NCBI RefSeq assembly: GCF_009914755.1 | Contig: NC_060928.1 | Strand: one strand, 5' to 3' | Source: the human T2T-CHM13v2.0 reference genome, Homo sapiens | DNA length: 64,000 nt | Part shown: positions 56,681 to 64,000 of the stretch, one piece after another | How the letters are laid out: the number at the start of each line of letters is the position of its first letter | How positions within the stretch are numbered: position 1 is the stretch's first letter | Notes under the pieces: generated by a model | The model's input: the letters and a program-made list of their open reading frames with translations, nothing else | Database searches by the model: none | Told to the model about the DNA's origin: nothing | Position numbers and translations under genes: made by a program

Positions 56681-59600
56681 ATATATACATATATATGTAT
56701 CATATATACAATAGAACATATATATAAAAGAACATAGAATATATTACATAGAATATAGATAATATATTCTATATTATATTACATACAATATACATAATAT
56801 ATTCTATATTATATTACATACAATATACATAATATATTCTATATTATATTACATAGAATATACATAATATATTCTATATTATATTACATAGAATATACAT
56901 AATATATTCTATATTATATAGAATATACATAATATATTCTATATTATATAGAATATACATAATATATTCTATATTATATAGAATATACATAATATATTCT
57001 ATATTATATAGAATATACATAATATATTCTATATTACATAGAATATATATAATATTTTACATTGCATTACATAGAACATATACAACGTATTCTACATTGC
57101 ATTACATAAAATATATACAAAGTATTCTACATTGCATTACATAGAACATGTACAATGTATTCTACATTGCATTACATAGAACATATACAATGTATTCTAC
57201 ATTGCATTACATAGAACATATACAATGTATTCTACATTGCATTACATAGAACATATACAATGTATTCTACATTGCATTACATAGAACATATACAATGTAT
57301 TCTACATTGCATTACATTGAATATATACAATGTAATCAACCTTGCATTACATTGAACATACACAATGTATTCTACCTTGCATTACATAGAACATATACAA
57401 TGTATTCTACATTGCATTACATAGAACATATACAATGTATTCTACCTTGCATTACATAGAACATATACAATGTATTCTACCTTGCATTACATGGAATATA
57501 TACAATGTATTCTACCTTGCATTACATGGAATATATACAATGTATTCTACCTTGCATTACATGGAATATATACAATGTACTCTACCTTGCATTACATGGA
57601 ATATACACAATGTATTGTACCTTGCATTACTTGGAATATATACAATGCATTCTACCTTGCATTACATGGAATATATACAATGTATTCTACCTTGCATTAC
57701 ATGGAATATATAAAATGTATTCTACCTTGCATTACATGGAATATATACAATGTATTCTACCTTGCATTACATAGAATATATACAATGTATTCTACCTTGC
57801 ATTATAGGGAATATATACAATGTATTCTACCTTGCATTATAGGGAATATATACAATGTATCCTACCTTGCATTATAGGGAATATATACAATGTATCCTAC
57901 CTTGCATTATAGGGAATATATACAATGTATTCTACCTTGCATTACATGGAATATATACAATGTATTCTACCTTGCATTACATAGAATATATACAATGTAT
58001 TCTACCTTGCATTATAGGGAATATATACAATGTATTCTACCTTGCATTATAGGGAATATATACAATGTATTCTACCTTCCATTATAGGGAATATATACAA
58101 TGTATTCTACCTTGCATTATAGGGAATATATACAATGTATTCTACCTTGCATTATAGGGAATATACACAATGTATTCTACCTTGCATTATACGGAATATA
58201 TACAATGTATTCTACCTTGCATTATACGGAATATATACAATGTATTCTACCTTGCATTATAGGGAATATATACAATGTATTCTACCTTGCATTATACGGA
58301 ATATATACAATGTATTCTACATTGCATTATACGGAATACATACAATGTATTCTACATTGCATTATACGGAATATATACAAGGTATTCTACATTGCATTAT
58401 ACGGAATATATACGATATATTCTACATTGCATTATACGGAATATATACGATATATTCTACATTGTACTATACGGAATATATACGATATATTCTACATTGT
58501 ATTATACGGAATATATACGATATATTCTACATTGTATTATACGGAATATATACAATATATTGTATATTGTATTATACGGAATATATACAATATATTCTAT
58601 ATTATATTATATAGAGTATATAATAATATACTCTATACTATATAGTATAGAGTATATTATTATATACTCTATATAATATAACATAGAGTATATAATAATA
58701 TACTCTATATTATATTATATAGAATATATAATAATATACTCTATATTATAATATTTAGAATATATATATAATATACTCTATCTTATAATATTTAGAATAT
58801 ATATAATATATTCTATATTATATTATATAGAATATAAATAATATACTCATATTATATAGAATATATATAATATACTCTATTATATTATATTGAATATATA
58901 TAATATACTCTATATTATATTGAATATATATAATATACTCTATATTATATTATATAGAATATATATAATATACTCTATATTACATTATATAGAATATATA
59001 TAATATACCCTATATTATATTATATAGAATACATATAATATACCCTATATTATATTATATAGATTATATAGTATACTCTATATTATATAGATTATATAGT
59101 ATACTCTATATTATATAGATTATATAATATACTCTATGTTATATAGATTATATAATATACTCCATGTTATATAGATTATATAATATACTCTATATTTATA
59201 TAATATACTCCATATTTTATAGATTATATAATATACTCTATATTATATTATATAGATTATATAATATACTCTATATTATATTATATAGATTATATAATAT
59301 ACTCTTATATTATATAGATTATATAATATACTCTATATTATATTACATAGATTATATAATATACTATACATTATATTACATAGAATATATAATATACTCT
59401 ACATTATAGTATATAGAATATATATAATATACTCTACATGATAGTATATAGAATATTTATAATATACTCTACATTATAGTATATAGAATATATATAATAT
59501 ACCCTACATTATAGTATATGGAATATATATAATATACTCTACATTATAGTATATGGAATATATACAATATACTCTACATTATAGTATATGGAACATATAT

Positions 59601-62600
59601 AATATACTCTACATTATAGTATATAGAATATACGTAATATCCTCCATATTATATTATATAGAATATACGTAATATACTCCTTATTATATTATATAGAATA
59701 TAAGTAATATACTCCATATTATATTATACAGAATATACGTAATATGCTCCATATTATATTATACAGAATATACGTAATATGCTCCATATTATATTATAAA
59801 GAATATACGTAATATACTCCATATTATATTATATAGAATGTACGTAATATACTCCATATATTATATAGAATATATATAACATATATAGAATTATATATAG
59901 AATTCTATATATAATATAGAATAAATTCTCTATATATTCTTTAATATATATTTATCTATATATATTCTATATATAATATATATTCTATATATATTCTCTA
60001 TATAATATATATTCTATATATATTCTCTATATAATATACATTCTATATATATTCTCTATATAATATAAATTCTATATATATTCTATAATATATATTTTTC
60101 TATATATATTCTTTATATAATGTATACTCTCTATATATTCTATATATAATATACATTCTACATATATTCTATATATAATATATATTCTACATATATTCTA
60201 TATATAATATACACTCTATATATATTCCATATATAATATACATTCCATAAATATTCTATATATAATATACATTCTGTATATAGTCTATATATTATATTCA
60301 TTCTATATATATTCTATATATTATATGCATTCTATATATATTCTATATATTCTATATATTCTATATAATGTATATTCTATATATTCTATATATAATCTAT
60401 ATTCTATATATATTTTATATATTCTGTATATAATCTATATTCTATATATTCTATATATTCTGTATATAATCTATATTCTATATATATTCTATATATTCTG
60501 TATATAATCTATATTCTATATATATTCTATATATATTCTATATTCTAACTATATTCTATATATATTCTATAATCTATATTCTATATATATTCTATATATA
60601 ATCTATATATAATCTATATTCTATATATATTCTTTATATGTTATATACTCTATATATATTCTTTATTTATTCTATAAATAATATATATTCTATATATATT
60701 CTATAAATAATATATATTCTATATATATTCTATAAATGATATATATTCTATATATATTATATATATTATATATATTCTATATATATTCTATATATTCTAT
60801 ATACAATATATATTCTATATATTCTATATACAATATATATTCTATATATTCTATATATATTCTATATATATTCTATATATAATATATATTCTATATATAT
60901 TATATATAGAATATATATTCTTTATATATTCCATATATATTCTATATATGTTCTATATTCTATATATATTCTATATATATTCTGTATATATTCTCTATAT
61001 ATACCATATAGAATATATATTCTATATATATTCTATATATACTATATTGAATATACATTCTATATATACTATACTGAATATACATTCTATATATATTCTA
61101 TATATAGTATATATAGAATATACATTCTACATATACTATATATAGAATATACATTCTATATATATTCTATATATACTATATGTAGAATATACATTCTATA
61201 TATATTCTATATATACTATATATAGAATATACATTCTATATATATTCTATATATAGTATATATAGAATATACATTCTATATATACTCTATATAGAGTATA
61301 CATTCTATATATACTCTATATAGAGTATACATTCTATATATACTCTATATAGAGTATACATTCTATATATACTCTTTATAGAGTATACATTCTATATATA
61401 CTCTATATAGAGTATACATTCTATATATACTCTATATAGAATATACATTCTATATATACTCTATATAGAATATACATTCTATATATACTCTATATAGAAT
61501 ATACATTCTATATATATTCTATATAGAATATATATTCTATATAGAACACACATTCTATATATATTCTATATAGAACACATATTCTATATATATTCTATAT
61601 AGAACACATATTCTATATATATTCTATATAGAACACATATTCTATATATAGTATATAGAACACATATTCTATATATATTGTATATAGAACACATATTCTA
61701 TATATATTGTATATAGAACACATATTCTATATATATTGTATATAGAACACATATTCTATATATATTGTATATAGAACATATATTCTATATATAGTCTATA
61801 TAGAACATATATTCTATATATAGTCTATATAGAACATATATTCTATATATAGTCTATATAGAACATATATTCTATATATAGTCTATATAGAACATATATT
61901 CTATATATAGTCTATATAGAACATATATTCTATATATAGTCTATATATACTCTATATAGTATATATATAGAATATAGATTCTATATATTCTATATAGATT
62001 CTGTATAGAATGTATGTTCTATGTATATTCTATATAGAATATATATTCTATGTATATTCTATGTATATTCTATGTATATTCTATATAGTATGTATAGTCT
62101 ATATAGATTCAATGTAGAATATATATTCTATATATATTCTATATGTATTCTATATAGAATATATATTCTGTAAGTATTGAATAAATATTCTATATATATT
62201 CTATATGTATTCTATATATATTCTATATAAAATATAGATTCTATATATTCTATATGGAATATATATTCTATATAGAATATAGATTTTATATGGAATACAT
62301 ACTCTATATAGAATATAGATTCTATATATTCTATATGGAATCTATATTCTACATAGAATATGGACTCTATATATTCTGTCTGGAATATATATTCTATATA
62401 GAATATATATGGAATATATATTCTGTATAGTATATATATTCAATATATATTGAATATATATTCTATAGAGAATACATATGGAATATATATTGAATATATA
62501 TTCTATAGAGAATATATGGAATATATATTGAATATATATTCTATGTAGAATATATATGGAATATATGTTGAATATATATTCTATATAGAATATATATAGT

Positions 62601-62772
62601 ATATATATTCTATATTCTATATAGAATATTGTATATATATTCTATATTCTATATAGAATATATGTAGAATATATAGAATATAGATATATATTATATATAG
62701 AATATATATTCTATGTATGTTGTATATATAGATATATATTCTATGTATGTATAATGTATATATTATATATAT
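56681..62772. repeat. 6.1-kb compound AT-rich tandem array built on TATAGAATA / TATTCTATA motifs
   Basis: Successive blocks with periods of 30, 35, 33-35, 29 and 40 bp. Confidence 0.97.
57051..58600. repeat. 35-bp minisatellite, about 44 units (TACAATGTATTCTACCTTGCATTACATGGAATATA and variants)
   Basis: Exact 35-bp period seen directly; it yields the 35-aa periodic pseudo-ORFs. Confidence 0.96.
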
Positions 62773-64000
62773 GAGATAGTATACTACACAGCCATAAAAA
62801 GGAATGATTTAATAGTGTTTGCGGTGACCTCGGTGGGAATGGAGACTATTAAGTGAAGTAACTCAGGAATGGAAAACCAAATATCATACATTCTCATTGA
62901 TATGTGGGAGCTAAGCTGTGAGGATGTAGAGGCATAAGAATGATACAATGGACTTTGTGTACTTGAGGGGGAAGAGTGGAAGGAGGGTGAGGGATAAAAG
63001 ACTACAAATACAGTGCAGTGTATACTGCTCAGGTGATGGGTGTCCCAAAATTTCACAAATCACCACTAAAGAATTTACTCATGTAACCAAGTACCACCTG
63101 TATGCCAATAACTTATGGAAAATAATAAATAAATAAATAAATAGTATAAGTAAAATGTTACTTTGCTTCAGCGATAAAATTTAAATATTCTTGATCTGAG
63201 TGTCTACTGTGTGGATATCTTTACACTCTTTTATGCCACCCAGATGGGCAATGGAGGATATTAGAAAGTTTTGTCACATGTGTACTTGTTACATACCTGT
63301 ATAATATTTGTCTAATATATAGCAAATATTTGTTCACAGATTTTCTCCTATACAATTTTGTGTTAGTATTTTATTTGGCTAATTTTATACATTTTAATAT
63401 GTAAAATTATCACATTGCCTGATATGTGAGGGCATGTGTGTTTGTGTGTATTTGTGTCTGTGTTAGCTTGAAATTAATTAAGTAGTCTAAAATCTTTGAT
63501 TAATTTTCTAACTCTAAAATGGAGTTAACTTATACTTTAAATGGTGGTTTAGGTGGATATATTAATTGTTCATTTTAGAATATGCAATACACATCATATC
63601 TGTGGATTCCTTGAGTCATCTATGGAACACATTTATTAACAAATAGAAGTCTCATGTAACTGGTTCTGTGAGAATAAATATAAAATCTTTAATTTACTTT
63701 CATAATTGACATTGACAGCATAAAATTAAATCTTAAAATATCAGATTTGCTTGTAATTTTGACATTGTATTTTCATTATAAGACAACTTTCCTTGTACTG
63801 TAGGGATAATATTAACCAATTGATTGAAATTGTATTCCTAGCCTGAGGCTTCAAATAGTTAATTAGTAATGGAATTGACTTTATACATATTGGAACAATA
63901 GTATCTTCCATTTATTGACCATGTAGCATTTGATGTATGTAGGTAGACATGTAAACTGTACGTATTGCATGCAATTTAAATTTACAAATTAAATAGCTTT

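Larger units (their letters stand above)
55935..63138 (+). mobile_element. 5'-truncated L1PB1-like element (about 1.1 kb of L1) split by a 6.1-kb AT-rich array
   Basis: L1 stops at GGATAAATAAACTGTG (56680) and resumes at ATACTACACAGCCATAAAAAGGAATG (about 62780); L1PB1 3' end; imperfect TSD AAAAAGTGTAAGTA (55921-55934) / AAATAGTATAAGTA (63139-63152). Confidence 0.9.

Noticed and set aside
57051-58600. CRISPR-like regular 35-bp periodicity
   Set aside because: Units are head to tail with no unique spacers, there are no cas genes, and the context is primate.
57435-58676. Overlapping ORFs with a periodic MYSTLHY..YIQCILPCI..NIYNVFYLAL peptide
   Set aside because: A 35-bp unit read through three frames gives a 35-aa period; some variants simply lack stops. 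No promoter, splice or homology support.

Overview
Primate (probably great-ape or human) AT-rich genomic DNA. I can support no host protein-coding gene, RNA gene or CRISPR array; the listed ORFs are retroelement remnants or chance and low-complexity frames. The window is a stack of repeats: L1s of many ages, Alus, two complete THE1 (MaLR) elements in opposite orientations, solo LTRs (MER11, MLT2A1, a MER11D-like LTR), L2/MIR and DNA-transposon relics. Family names come from my recall of consensus sequences, not from a database search. Five things go beyond routine annotation. (1) One isolated, unit-length (172 bp) ancient-type alpha-satellite monomer bounded by a CAAGCTA direct repeat at 36280-36458. 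(2) A 376-bp templated insertion, copied from the neighbouring L1PA7 into the G-rich 3' UTR of an L1PA3/4, with 3-bp microhomologies. (3) A 6.1-kb AT-rich, hairpin-prone satellite with a graded 35-bp minisatellite, grown at the internal (TA)n site of an L1PB1. (4) Three 5'-inverted L1s, two with breakpoints very near the 3' end. (5) Several more local copy-paste and template-switch scars. These are DNA-repair and satellite-evolution signatures rather than a new gene system.
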